A DNA stretch of 62,526 bases, taken from assembly GCA_902384685.1 (NCBI GenBank), contig CABMCU010000058.1, positions 1 through 62,526 on the forward strand, given 5' to 3'. Position 1 is the stretch's first letter; every line of letters starts with the position of its first letter. Under the pieces are notes generated by a model. That model made no database searches, was not told where the DNA came from, and worked only from the letters and a program-made list of their open reading frames with translations. Positions 18,332-28,638 of this stretch are shown piece by piece. The DNA is from an uncultured archaeon. Lineage in GTDB: Archaea; Thermoplasmatota; E2; DHVEG-1. The position numbers and the translations under genes were made by a program.

Positions 18332-20433
18332 TACTCAAATCAATTTCCCTGAAAAATTTCCGTAAATTCAAGAATGTCTTCATAGAGTTCCCTGACGGCG
18401 TCACCGGTGTTGTTGGGTTAAACGGGGTAGGGAAATCAACCCTTTTTGAAGCATTCGCCTGGGTTCTTTATGGACCTGTTGCGACACGTACAGCAGTAGA
18501 TCAAATAAAACGGGAGGGTGCAGCACCTTCGGATCCGTGCCGTGTCGAAATCGAGTTCATTTTCGATGACGATACCTATCGAGTAGTCCGAGAAATGAGC
18601 GGAAAAAACCTGTCAGCATCTGGGATTGTGACTGTGAACGGAAAGATAGCTGCAAACGGTGCAGAACTCGTCAGTAAATTCATACAAAGGAAACTGGGGA
18701 TGGACTGGAAGTCATTCTACACCTCAATTTTTGCGAAACAGAAGGAATTGAACACGTTATCATCCATGAATCCAAGTGAACGACGACATCTTATATTACG
18801 GATGCTGGGTATTGATGCAGTCGATGATATCCTCAGCGAGATTAGGTCAGACACAAAAGAAAAAAAGAACCTCGTTGAAAAATTGGGATTTGACTTATTG
18901 GATGCGCACGGTACTGAAAAAATAACGGTGTATAATCAGGAATTACAACTCCTTGAAAAAAAACAAAAAGAACTTGTGAAGCAAATAGAAGAACAAAAGG
19001 AAAAGCGTCTTTCAATTGAGGCAGAACTTCGTCAAATAAAAAGAGATTATGATACAAAGAAACAATCGTACGAAAAAATCTACGCAACCAAAGAACAACT
19101 TGAGGAGAAAAAAAGCAGATTTGAAAAGAAACAATCTGTAGGAGAAGATATAAAAACCTTAGAAAAAACGCTTCATGAACGACAAGCGATTCTTAAAATA
19201 CAAAACGAGAAACTCACGATGTTTAAAAATCTAGAAAAAGATCTTCAGACCCTGGAACAACAACAGCAAAAAAACCATGATTCCATCCAGGCTATGGTTA
19301 AGAAACAGGAACAGAACAGAACACTGATGCATCGGCTTGAAGAGGATATCAAAGCGTTGACGACAAAGAAACAGCATATTGAAAAAATGGGACCACAAGC
19401 AAAATGCCCGACCTGCGAACGAGTACTCGGTGAACAACAACACACCCTCCTCAAACTATATTTAGAAGAACTCACAAAGAAGAAATATGATAACCAGAAG
19501 TTAATTGATGCTGAAAAAAAATTTACGACCGAGTATGAACGACTATCTCGAGAAAAACAAGCATTGCAGAAGAAAACCATCTTCCTCCATGGCCAAGTCG
19601 TTGATCGAGAGCGTCTCCAGACCACATTACACAATATCTCTGAGGAGATCCAACGGGAGATACAAAAGTTGGAAATTAAGAAAAAAGAATTAAAATCAAT
19701 CGGTACCATAGTGTTTGATGAAAAACAATATCTGCTGATACGAACAGGAATTAGTGAAGCCTATAGAAACTATCAAACATCACTAGCGAAACTCAACATC
19801 ATTAGAGAAAAACATCAGTCGATAATTTTAAAGCAGAAAGAACAAGAGGGCGACAAAAACCTCATCAACCAAAAAATAAAATCGATAGAGAAAAGCATCG
19901 AGGAGCAACAGAAACTTATAAAAAAACTCGGAGACGAACGACGTGATGTCCAACGCCTCAGCATACTCTCCGAAGTCATGGATTCCTACCGAACATACCT
20001 CATATCACAGATTCGGCCAACTCTATCCTCTCATGCATCTGAACTTTTTGACGAGCTTACCGAAGGAAAATACTCACAAATCGAGCTGGATGAAGACTAT
20101 AACCTCCTAGTGTACGATCAGGGGCAACCTTATCGCATTGAACGGTTCTCCGGAGGAGAAGAAGATCTGGCAAACCTTTGTATTAGACTGGCTATTTCTG
20201 AGATTATCACTGAGCGCGCAGGAAGTATCTTTAATTTTATTATTCTTGATGAAATCTTTGGCTCACAAGATCAGATACGGAAACAAAACATCATTAAAGC
20301 ACTAAATAGTTTCTCTTCAAAATTTCGACAGATCTTTTTGATTACGCATGTCGAGGAAATCAAACATTTTACTGAGAATACAATGACAATATCAGAAGAT
20401 GACAGTGGAATTAGTACGATAAAAGTAGAATAA
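18328..20433 (+). CDS. rad50: DNA double-strand break repair ATPase Rad50 (short coiled-coil version, 701 aa)
   Basis: Walker A GLNGVGKST, zinc hook CPTC in mid coiled-coil, signature SGGE, Walker B FIILDE. Confidence 0.9.
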   Translation: MILKSISLKNFRKFKNVFIEFPDGVTGVVGLNGVGKSTLFEAFAWVLYGPVATRTAVDQIKREGAAPSDPCRVEIEFIFDDDTYRVVREMSGKNLSASGIVTVNGKIAANGAELVSKFIQRKLGMDWKSFYTSIFAKQKELNTLSSMNPSERRHLILRMLGIDAVDDILSEIRSDTKEKKNLVEKLGFDLLDAHGTEKITVYNQELQLLEKKQKELVKQIEEQKEKRLSIEAELRQIKRDYDTKKQSYEKIYATKEQLEEKKSRFEKKQSVGEDIKTLEKTLHERQAILKIQNEKLTMFKNLEKDLQTLEQQQQKNHDSIQAMVKKQEQNRTLMHRLEEDIKALTTKKQHIEKMGPQAKCPTCERVLGEQQHTLLKLYLEELTKKKYDNQKLIDAEKKFTTEYERLSREKQALQKKTIFLHGQVVDRERLQTTLHNISEEIQREIQKLEIKKKELKSIGTIVFDEKQYLLIRTGISEAYRNYQTSLAKLNIIREKHQSIILKQKEQEGDKNLINQKIKSIEKSIEEQQKLIKKLGDERRDVQRLSILSEVMDSYRTYLISQIRPTLSSHASELFDELTEGKYSQIELDEDYNLLVYDQGQPYRIERFSGGEEDLANLCIRLAISEIITERAGSIFNFIILDEIFGSQDQIRKQNIIKALNSFSSKFRQIFLITHVEEIKHFTENTMTISEDDSGISTIKVE

Positions 20434-20451
20434 AAAAAAAAAGATGGGGGT

Positions 20452-21408
20452 TTATTTTCTAAACCGCAGTTTTCGCTTTGGCCGTTCAATAGAGTCTGGT
20501 TGCATCTCTTGAGATGCTGAAAATTCGACTTCCTCGTCTGTGCTAATCGGAGCAGACTCAATGATGTTACTATGTTTCAGGTTTTCCACTGAATCAAATA
20601 GTTTTGCAAAAAGTCCCTCGTTAGATTCGAACCAGTTCTGCCAGCCTCGGAGATCCTCTTTTAGTTGCTTATTCTCCGATTCAGTCTCCTCATACAATCG
20701 GAATAATTTCGTGAGCCGTTCTTTTTCTTTGTCAAGCTCAGTTGAGGTTTCTTCAAATTTCGTTTTAAACTCGGCCAACTGTTCAAATCCACGGAGCTCC
20801 TCAACTTGTTTTTCTAGTCCACCGATGACGTCATCCTTTGTTATAAGGTCTCTGCGCATACTATCAATAGTGGTATCCATTTGGGTTCGAATGTTATCGA
20901 ATCTCATCACTTGCTGTTTCATATCTTCCATTTGCTGGACATCTTGCTCTCGCTCATTTATCTTCTCAGTTAGTGTCTGAATCCGTGCAGTTGCATCTCG
21001 TTCAAACTGCATGTGAACCTGCTCGGTATTACGTAGTTTCTCTTCGAGTTCCGCAGCTCGTTTCTCCTGTGCAGACAATGATTCCTCCTGGTTTTTATAG
21101 GCATCCCAGAGTTTCACCAGTCGTTCTTTTTCTTTCTCAAGCTCTACACTATAGCGTCGTGCTCCCTCTGCTGCTTCTTCCCGTCGTCGTTCCGATTCAG
21201 TAAGGCGCTGTTCAAACGAGCGAATCATGGAGTCCATTTGATTCAATCCGTCGAGATTTAGCATACTTTGGATTTTTGAAAGATCATCCATGCTTTTAGA
21301 AAATGAACTTTTTACGGAACCAAGTTCAGATGATGCTTCTTGTAGTCGTTCCATAAATGAGTTTGCTGAGCCTTTTATACTTACATTATCTTCTGTTTCT
21401 TCAACCAT
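20452..21408 (-). CDS. Coiled-coil protein with an internal duplication, function unknown
   Basis: 318 aa, E/K/R/Q/L-rich. Repeated block ELEKEKERLVKLWDAYKNQEE / ELDKEKERLTKLFRLYEETE. Convergent with rad50. Confidence 0.6.
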   Translation of the reverse strand: MVEETEDNVSIKGSANSFMERLQEASSELGSVKSSFSKSMDDLSKIQSMLNLDGLNQMDSMIRSFEQRLTESERRREEAAEGARRYSVELEKEKERLVKLWDAYKNQEESLSAQEKRAAELEEKLRNTEQVHMQFERDATARIQTLTEKINEREQDVQQMEDMKQQVMRFDNIRTQMDTTIDSMRRDLITKDDVIGGLEKQVEELRGFEQLAEFKTKFEETSTELDKEKERLTKLFRLYEETESENKQLKEDLRGWQNWFESNEGLFAKLFDSVENLKHSNIIESAPISTDEEVEFSASQEMQPDSIERPKRKLRFRK

Positions 21409-21543
21409 TATTCATGCTCTCCCAATAAATTAATTCTAGTCAATGCGAATAATGTCTAGCTATTTAAGCGTTATTATTTTTTTTCACTAACCATATTACA
21501 AAAATAAGTTTGCAAAAAAATCATCAATTTATGTATGTCTCCC

Positions 21544-21589
21544 TGATTGTTTATCTATTAATATCAATTTCTTTGATTTATCTATATTA
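21544..21589. promoter_or_regulatory. Direct repeat TGATT(GT)TTATCTAT(A)TTA, two copies 30 bp apart, upstream of the RHH gene
   Basis: Copies at 21544-21560 and 21574-21589, inside a ~300-bp AT-rich intergenic region. Confidence 0.4.
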
Positions 21590-21712
21590 TTCTTGCCTTT
21601 GATTTTTTTTTGTTTTTTATTAATGCTGCACAATTTAGTAAAATTTATATAGTAAATAGGATATTATTATATCGAAATAAAAAATAAGTTAATAAAGGGG
21701 AGTAGAAACATT

Positions 21713-21847
21713 ATGCCAAAAATATCGATTAATGTCTCTGATTATATGTATTGGAAATTACTTGGAAGCGGTGAAAACGTTTCATATATTGTTCAGCTCG
21801 CGTTAAGGGATTATTGGAGAGAAAGTCGAAAGGAAAAAAAGGAATAA
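21713..21847 (+). CDS. Small (44 aa) ribbon-helix-helix-like protein
   Basis: Below the track threshold: MPKISINVSDYMYWKLLGSGENVSYIVQLALRDYWRESRKEKKE*. GGGGAG lies ~10 nt upstream of the ATG. Confidence 0.45.
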   Translation: MPKISINVSDYMYWKLLGSGENVSYIVQLALRDYWRESRKEKKE

Positions 21848-22026
21848 CAAAGTAACACGTCTTCATTCCAAGCACCAAATTCTTCTATAATTTTTTAACT
21901 TTTTTTCTATTGACTAATAGAATTGAATTTAAACGAAAGTGTTTTATTTCATATTGATATTAACGTCAATAGCATCATAATGATTAATGAATCATTTAAT
22001 AGGTGGTATTGAGGAGAGTACACAAA

Positions 22027-23901
22027 ATGAGAGGTAAAAAAGGACTGAAAAATATAAACAAAAATAAAAACAATCTCATCACTTTTACCCTTTTTCTTAA
22101 TATAATCGAAAATAATGAAGCCATTCCAAAACAAAAACAACAGCTTCTCAAACCGAAAGAAAACAAAAAACTAGAAAAGGAACAAATGCGACTCCGACGG
22201 AGTGAGATACGACAAGCACGCATAGAAGAACGACTCCGTAAAAAACAAGAAAAACGCGTACTAAAAATAAAACTCGGTTCAAAAACAAACAGAATTGATG
22301 AGAAGTCACATGAGCAAAAATTAGTATTAAAAGAAAAACAAAGGAAAGACTACAACGAAATTGTAAAACAATTAGATTCCCCTGAAAAAAGCACTTTTAC
22401 AGGTGGTTTAAGAGATAATAAAATAATTAACGAAAAAAAAGGATTTGGATGGAAAGGACTTGGTTCAAGAAGGATTCTTTTTGATAATGAACGAAAAGAA
22501 TATCTCTACGAGGTTATCGAACCGCAATTGACTGAAAAACAGGAACAAACAAAAAACAAATTGATTTCTTTATTCAAGAAACATGCTGATATCGATGTGT
22601 ATGAAGGCGATGAAAAGACTAAATGGGAGATACTAGAAAAAGCCTTAGAAAAACTTCTTCAAGAGAAACAAATCAAATTACATAAAACAGAGAAAGATAT
22701 TATTTTATATTATATTTTCCGTGAATTTGTTGGATACGGACGAATCGATATTTTAATGCACGACCCAGATATAGAAGACATTTCATGCGATGGTCACGAA
22801 ATCCCTATCTTTATTGTACATAAACAGTATGAGTCCATCAAAACTAATATTATATATAAAGATGCAGACGAGTTAGATTCATTTGTCGTGAAATTATCAC
22901 AGATGTGCGGGAAACAAATATCTGTGTTTGAACCTGTCGTTGATGGTAAACTATCAGATGGATCACGTTTACAAGTCACACTTGGTCGAACGATTACAAT
23001 GCTATCGACCTTTACCATCCGAAGATTTCGGGAAGACCCTATGACCCCAATCGATCTTCTTAACAATAATACAATGTCTCTTGATCTTGCAGCATATTTT
23101 TGGTTAGCCATAGAAAAAGGATGTAATATTTTATTCTGTGGCGGGACGGCCACAGGGAAAACAACGATGCTAAACGCTCTTTCACTTTTTGTGCCATCGT
23201 CCTATAAAATTGTCTCGATTGAGGATACAAGAGAAATTAATCTCCCCCATGAAAACTGGATTGCTGGAACAACGCGATCAGGATTTACTTCGACAGAAGC
23301 GCTTAAAACCAGTCGGGATATCGACATGTTCGATCTTATTCGAGTCGCATTGCGTCAAAGACCACGTGTGATCATTGTAGGGGAGGTTCGAGGGAAAGAA
23401 GCCTACTCATTATTTCAAGCAATGACAACAGGTCATCTGTCCTATTCGACAGTACATGCAAGTGATATGCACACCCTCATCCAGCGCCTTGAGAACCCCC
23501 CGATCTCCTTGCCCCGCGCTCTGTTAACGTCCCTTGATATGATTGTATTTTTAAATTCTGTTGTTGTAAAGGGAAATCCGGTTCGACGTGTTACAAATGT
23601 TACAGAAATCATAGAATTAGATGCTGGGACAAATCGTCTGGTTACGATGACTCCTTTTGAATGGGTCGGAGGAGGTAATGATGACCGATTCCAAAACAAT
23701 GGCGCCAGCAGAATTCTCTATAAAATCAGAGTTGAGAACGGATGGAGTGACGAAGAACTTCATAAAGAACTGCAAAATCGCATTCAAGTTCTCGAATGGA
23801 TGAGAAAGAAAAACTTACGGTCATACATGGATGTTGGAAATGTTGTTGCAACCTACCTGAAAGATCCAACATCAATAATGAAAAAAACTATAAGGGATTG
23901 A
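22027..23901 (+). CDS. Type IV filament assembly ATPase (FlaI/ArlI/PilB/GspE superfamily) with a Lys-rich N-terminal extension
   Basis: Walker A CGGTATGKTT, Asp/Walker B region PRVIIVGEVRG, His box TGHLSYSTVHA. The first ~150 aa are K/E/Q-rich low complexity. ATG 22027 follows GAGGAG. Confidence 0.85.
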   Translation: MRGKKGLKNINKNKNNLITFTLFLNIIENNEAIPKQKQQLLKPKENKKLEKEQMRLRRSEIRQARIEERLRKKQEKRVLKIKLGSKTNRIDEKSHEQKLVLKEKQRKDYNEIVKQLDSPEKSTFTGGLRDNKIINEKKGFGWKGLGSRRILFDNERKEYLYEVIEPQLTEKQEQTKNKLISLFKKHADIDVYEGDEKTKWEILEKALEKLLQEKQIKLHKTEKDIILYYIFREFVGYGRIDILMHDPDIEDISCDGHEIPIFIVHKQYESIKTNIIYKDADELDSFVVKLSQMCGKQISVFEPVVDGKLSDGSRLQVTLGRTITMLSTFTIRRFREDPMTPIDLLNNNTMSLDLAAYFWLAIEKGCNILFCGGTATGKTTMLNALSLFVPSSYKIVSIEDTREINLPHENWIAGTTRSGFTSTEALKTSRDIDMFDLIRVALRQRPRVIIVGEVRGKEAYSLFQAMTTGHLSYSTVHASDMHTLIQRLENPPISLPRALLTSLDMIVFLNSVVVKGNPVRRVTNVTEIIELDAGTNRLVTMTPFEWVGGGNDDRFQNNGASRILYKIRVENGWSDEELHKELQNRIQVLEWMRKKNLRSYMDVGNVVATYLKDPTSIMKKTIRD

Positions 23902-23903
23902 TA

Positions 23904-25667
23904 ATGGCATCTACAACCTATTCAGAAATTTCACAAAAAGTATTAAAAAGAACAATCTCCAAAATACCCGATGAGATACAGATAGAACGAAACCTTGAGT
24001 TGGAAAAAGCAGGAATTTCAATAGACTATACACAATATTATGCGATGATACTTTTTAGTCTTATCCTTGGTTGTATTTCCTCATTACTCATCACTTTTTT
24101 TATTTATTTTCTGTTTCCATCAACATATTCTCTCCTTCTTTTCCTTCTCCTGCCAGCACTTGTCGTAGGTTCCATTGGTCTTTTCTTTTTATATTATCCG
24201 GGATATCGTATTAAAAGAAGAGCGTATAATATTGATCTGTTTTTGCCCTATGCTATTAATTTCATTAACTCAATGGCGGTTGCGGGTATCTCCCCATCAG
24301 AGATATTCACTACGTTAGCCTCAATTGATTTATACGGTGAATTGCAGACAGAAACGAAAAAAATTGCGAAAGAAATCAGTATCATGAATGTTGATAGCAT
24401 CACTGCATTAAAACATGCTATTGAGATTTCTCCCTCAAGAAAATTTCAGGAGTTTTTACAAGGAATCATTGGTACCATTCAATCAGGGAGTGAATTGCAT
24501 ATCTATCTGCAAAATTCTGTCAATAAACTTATGGACGAGGATTATGTGGCAAGACAAAAGGATCTTGATCTTCTCGGAGTTATTGCAGAGATTTTCGTTA
24601 CATGCGCAATCGCCTTCCCGATTTTCCTTGTCATTATCCTGACTGTCTTCGGTTTTTTCAGTAGCTCATCTGTCAGCTCGATCTTAATTCTCAATATTTT
24701 TTCTCTTCTTGTCATGCCGCTTATTTACGCTGCCTTTTATATCTTGATCCGGTCAACCAGTCTAGAAGACTTAAACAGAATATATTCTAAAGAAACTCTT
24801 ACTTTTCGGCAATATTTGAAAGAAAACGAGGCACCTATAACGATATTACTTCTCTGTTTCTTTATCGTAGTAATTTCCTATGTTGGTCTTCGTGTTATGG
24901 ATTATTTAGGGTATATTAGCTTTACGTTTTATCCACAGCTCGATTTCCTCTTCTTAGCTATTTTAATTCTGATAGGCCCGATCGGTGTATATAACTATTT
25001 TGAAGCACAAAAGAAGAAACAAATGCAATATCGATTACCTAATTTTCTGATTGAAGTCAGTGATTCGCTCTCCACTGGTGCAACAATTTTTGATTCGATA
25101 AAAGTAGCCTCAAAATCACACTATGGGCGATTGTCCCCAGAAATCAAAAAAATGCGATCTCAACTCTCATGGAATATCTCTGTAAAAGAAATCCTCATCG
25201 ACTTTGCCAATAGAATGAAATCAGCAATCGTTCATCGAATCATCATTAGCCTGAATAAAGGATTGGTAATGGGTGGAAACACGCCAAAGATATTCAGAGC
25301 AGCAGCCATCGAAGTCGGCCAAGTGAATCGACTAGAAAACCAACGGAAAGCCGCAATGTCAATTTATACGATCGTGATCCTCGTTTGCTTTTTTGTTTTA
25401 TTAGCGATCATTATCATTATGAACCTTACTATTTTCAAATCCTTTTTCGACTTACAAGATAAACAAGTAGGACAGATGGCAGGAGTAGTCTTTCATAAAA
25501 TCGATAAAATGGAGTTAAAATATTCAATGTATTCTTTTGTCTTTGTTCAAAGCATCGGTGCTGGTATATTAGCTGGTTTTATGATGGATGGAAAACTATC
25601 TTCAGGTATCAGATATAGTTGTATACTAGGTATTATATCCTTTATCATCTTTAAATTGACGTTCTAA
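23904..25667 (+). CDS. Type IV filament membrane platform protein (FlaJ/ArlJ/TadC, T2SSF-like, two repeats)
   Basis: ~587 aa with two homologous halves, each with a cytoplasmic helical segment and multiple TM helices. ATG lies 2 nt after the ATPase stop. Confidence 0.8.
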   Translation: MASTTYSEISQKVLKRTISKIPDEIQIERNLELEKAGISIDYTQYYAMILFSLILGCISSLLITFFIYFLFPSTYSLLLFLLLPALVVGSIGLFFLYYPGYRIKRRAYNIDLFLPYAINFINSMAVAGISPSEIFTTLASIDLYGELQTETKKIAKEISIMNVDSITALKHAIEISPSRKFQEFLQGIIGTIQSGSELHIYLQNSVNKLMDEDYVARQKDLDLLGVIAEIFVTCAIAFPIFLVIILTVFGFFSSSSVSSILILNIFSLLVMPLIYAAFYILIRSTSLEDLNRIYSKETLTFRQYLKENEAPITILLLCFFIVVISYVGLRVMDYLGYISFTFYPQLDFLFLAILILIGPIGVYNYFEAQKKKQMQYRLPNFLIEVSDSLSTGATIFDSIKVASKSHYGRLSPEIKKMRSQLSWNISVKEILIDFANRMKSAIVHRIIISLNKGLVMGGNTPKIFRAAAIEVGQVNRLENQRKAAMSIYTIVILVCFFVLLAIIIIMNLTIFKSFFDLQDKQVGQMAGVVFHKIDKMELKYSMYSFVFVQSIGAGILAGFMMDGKLSSGIRYSCILGIISFIIFKLTF

Positions 25668-25684
25668 CACACGAAGGAGAACCT

Positions 25685-27646
25685 ATGACAAAGAAGAGAC
25701 GTTCGAGCCAAGCAGTATCTGAAGTCCTTGATATTGTATTATTGTTAGGAATCACCATCGGTTTATTTGCTTTCCTGAATTACATTGTCTTCTCTTATTC
25801 TTTTCAACCCTCCGCTCCTTCAGTGAACCTCGTGGGATCAATCGACAAAACAAACGGAATTATAACCATTGAACACAATGGCGGAGAATCTCTCGATGGA
25901 AAAACACAAATAATAATAACGATAGGATCAGATACTACTCCAAGTAACGTAATTGATCTATTAAGTGATACAAACGGGGACGGAAAATGGAATTTTGGTG
26001 AAACCGTGCAATTTCCTTACTATGGAGACACAACTAGTTCATATATTCGAGCTATAGTAATAGATCCTTCAACAAATACTCTTATATTATCAGCAGTACT
26101 ACAACAAGGATCTACAGCTTCAGTAATCACTAACGATCCGCCAACCTTTACAAGCCCCGATCCAACAGGAGGAGGGATTCCAATTACGACGACTTTGCTA
26201 AGCATCACGATTCAGGATCCTGAAGGGGATCCCTTTAGTTGGACGATAACTACCTCGCCGAATATCGGGACAAGTTCAGGGAATAATGAGCTCAACGGAA
26301 CTAAAACCTGCACCATCGCTGGACTCGCCGACTCCACCACATACACCTGGACTGTAAAAGCCTTTGATGGGCACCACTGGACCAACAAAAACTATATCTT
26401 TATTACGAGTAGCTGTCCAGTGACAGATACATTGGTAAATACGATCAGTCCATATTTAGTATCCGTTAATCCGTTCATGATTACATCCACTGGTGATTCT
26501 GGTTTAGATAGTGTTACCTTGCATTATCGATGGAGCGATGATAACAGTAGCTGGGATGGTGGAAATTCGTCTTGGAATAATGATACAGTTGATTGGAACG
26601 GCCCGAATAAGGATAGTAGTGCAGATAAGGGAATAGAAACAAACTTCATAAATGTCCAAGGTACATCCCCAGATACAAATGTGATGATATTGCAGGAGGC
26701 TAATCAAGGTTGGAGTTCTGGTAGTGAGAACCTGAATGTAAATAATTTTGATAACACAGCTAAGGGCTGGTCTGCAACTACTACTCCCCCATATCTTAAT
26801 GCTGATGATTCTGAAAATGTTTTCACTCAATCTAATGGTGCAACAGAGGCATGGTTTAATTTCTCGGACACAACAGGTCCGAGTGCTGGTGTATATTCCG
26901 TTATCTTGTATGTGAAGGCATGGGGTGACGGTAATGACTGGGTGAACCCATACATAGATTATACTGGTGGTGCTGGTTCAGACATGGGTGATTTCGGTAA
27001 GCATTCATCTGAAAGCACTTATGACAGTATAAATCTTGGAACAACATTTACTCGAGCTCAAGTCAATGCTATGCGACTTAAGCTTATTTATACAAGATCA
27101 CCTCCAGCTAGCAATCTTTTTGTAGACCATGCTTATCTTGCTGTTTCTTGGAATGCTGTTACCGATTATGAACTCAATACGGAATATCAGTTCAACAATT
27201 CTGCATATAATAGAGACAATGAACAGATTTGTTTTTACTTAACAGCGGCTCCAACTGAAACATTAGTAGTAAGTTATTATAACGCGGGTTGGGTAAGTCT
27301 TGGCAACATTGTTCATACTGGATGGACTAATTTCACTGCAAATGGACTTACGAATGTTACTTATAATATTCAGATTAAAGATCAGAACCAAACGAATGAA
27401 ATAACTCAACACACTTGGACTATTGATGTAATCATGCTTCACACATGGAATAGTACTGGGGGCTCCCATGGGCAAAATTGGGCCATTTGGTCTGACGCGA
27501 ACAACCCTGATACATCGACTCCGTGGAGTTGGAATTTTAACTTCCCGAAAGGTATCGGATATTATGAGTTTTATAGTATAGGCAAATGTGGGGGCAACAT
27601 CGAAACCGCTCCTGTAAGTGCTGATGCGAGATGTCAGAAAACGTAG
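25685..27646 (+). CDS. Giant pilin-like protein: archaeal Pilin_N (DUF1628-type) N-terminus fused to ~500 aa of extracellular domains
   Basis: MTKKRRSSQAVSEVLDIVLLLGITIGLFAFL class III-like signal. ..ITIEHNGGESL.. pilin-domain pattern. W/N/S/T-rich remainder with many N-x-S/T sequons. AAGGAG RBS. Confidence 0.7.
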   Translation: MTKKRRSSQAVSEVLDIVLLLGITIGLFAFLNYIVFSYSFQPSAPSVNLVGSIDKTNGIITIEHNGGESLDGKTQIIITIGSDTTPSNVIDLLSDTNGDGKWNFGETVQFPYYGDTTSSYIRAIVIDPSTNTLILSAVLQQGSTASVITNDPPTFTSPDPTGGGIPITTTLLSITIQDPEGDPFSWTITTSPNIGTSSGNNELNGTKTCTIAGLADSTTYTWTVKAFDGHHWTNKNYIFITSSCPVTDTLVNTISPYLVSVNPFMITSTGDSGLDSVTLHYRWSDDNSSWDGGNSSWNNDTVDWNGPNKDSSADKGIETNFINVQGTSPDTNVMILQEANQGWSSGSENLNVNNFDNTAKGWSATTTPPYLNADDSENVFTQSNGATEAWFNFSDTTGPSAGVYSVILYVKAWGDGNDWVNPYIDYTGGAGSDMGDFGKHSSESTYDSINLGTTFTRAQVNAMRLKLIYTRSPPASNLFVDHAYLAVSWNAVTDYELNTEYQFNNSAYNRDNEQICFYLTAAPTETLVVSYYNAGWVSLGNIVHTGWTNFTANGLTNVTYNIQIKDQNQTNEITQHTWTIDVIMLHTWNSTGGSHGQNWAIWSDANNPDTSTPWSWNFNFPKGIGYYEFYSIGKCGGNIETAPVSADARCQKT

Positions 27647-27666
27647 AAAGGAGAGAGTAGATTATA

Positions 27667-28536
27667 ATGAAAATGTCAATAAAGAAAACAACAGACAATG
27701 CAGTAGTTGGTGTTATCACTGCGATATTACTCATAGGTCTTATCGTTGCGATCATCTCACTTATTCAAACAATGTATATTCCAAAAATCATGGAACAGCG
27801 TGAAGCAGACCATATGGATAAGGTAGCAGAACAATTCACAGATCTTACTGCTGTAATCGACACTCAAGCAGCCAATCCAACAAACACCATGCCTATCGCA
27901 ACGTCGATTACGCTCGGGAGTAAAGAATTACCATATATGTTATCAACTAGAGCATATGGCACATTAGAAATTTTGGATAAGGCGAGTTCGATTACTATTA
28001 TCGGCAATCCATCTCACCTGCCATTTAAAATTGGTAGAATTACCTATTCATCAATGAACGCATATTTTCTTAATCAAAATTATTCCTATGAGGCTGGGGC
28101 ATTGATCGTTAGTCAATTGGAGGAGGGAAATTTGATGATGATTCGACCTAGTTTTTCTGCTGCAATTAATAGTTCGACGTTAGACATTTTTTTTGATGTT
28201 GTGAACATTACCAGTATTGGTGAGAAGACTATTGCCTCTGGTTTTGGCACATATCCGATACAAACAGAGTTTTATAATACGACAAATTTCACTTTTGCTG
28301 ATGTTACTAGTATGACTATTACTACCCCATTTTCGAATGCCTGGTATTTTTTTATACGAAGCTCATTTATAGGAGCAGGTATAAATGAAAATGATTTTCA
28401 CCTTCCACCGCCTATAGGGCAGGATCTTGTATTAGATGGTTTTTCATCATCTGATTTTAGTTCCGTACGGGTTATATTAAAAATAATTAATATTCGAGCC
28501 CAAATCGGCCCTGGTTGGGTCCAGCAAAATCATTAA
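27667..28536 (+). CDS. Pilin-like protein (289 aa) with class III-type signal peptide
   Basis: KKTTDNAVVGVITAILLIGLIVAIISLI N-terminus. AGGAG RBS. Confidence 0.6.
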   Translation: MKMSIKKTTDNAVVGVITAILLIGLIVAIISLIQTMYIPKIMEQREADHMDKVAEQFTDLTAVIDTQAANPTNTMPIATSITLGSKELPYMLSTRAYGTLEILDKASSITIIGNPSHLPFKIGRITYSSMNAYFLNQNYSYEAGALIVSQLEEGNLMMIRPSFSAAINSSTLDIFFDVVNITSIGEKTIASGFGTYPIQTEFYNTTNFTFADVTSMTITTPFSNAWYFFIRSSFIGAGINENDFHLPPPIGQDLVLDGFSSSDFSSVRVILKIINIRAQIGPGWVQQNH

Positions 28537-28638
28537 TACAAGGGAAAAAGATTATATAAATAGAAACTTTAATATACCAACAAATTTAATTATATTCATA
28601 TTAAAATTAATAAATTGTTGTATATATGGGGATTATTT

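Noticed and set aside
19245-19709. Antisense ORFs inside rad50. The same applies to 13564..13854 in the S3Ae tail, 20540..20980 in the coiled-coil gene, 33088..33555 in the zinc-ribbon gene, and 15779..16183 in the oxidoreductase gene.
   Set aside because: These are mirror ORFs generated by low-complexity, purine-rich (GAA/AAG) coding sequence on the opposite strand. They have S/F/C-rich compositions and no start context.
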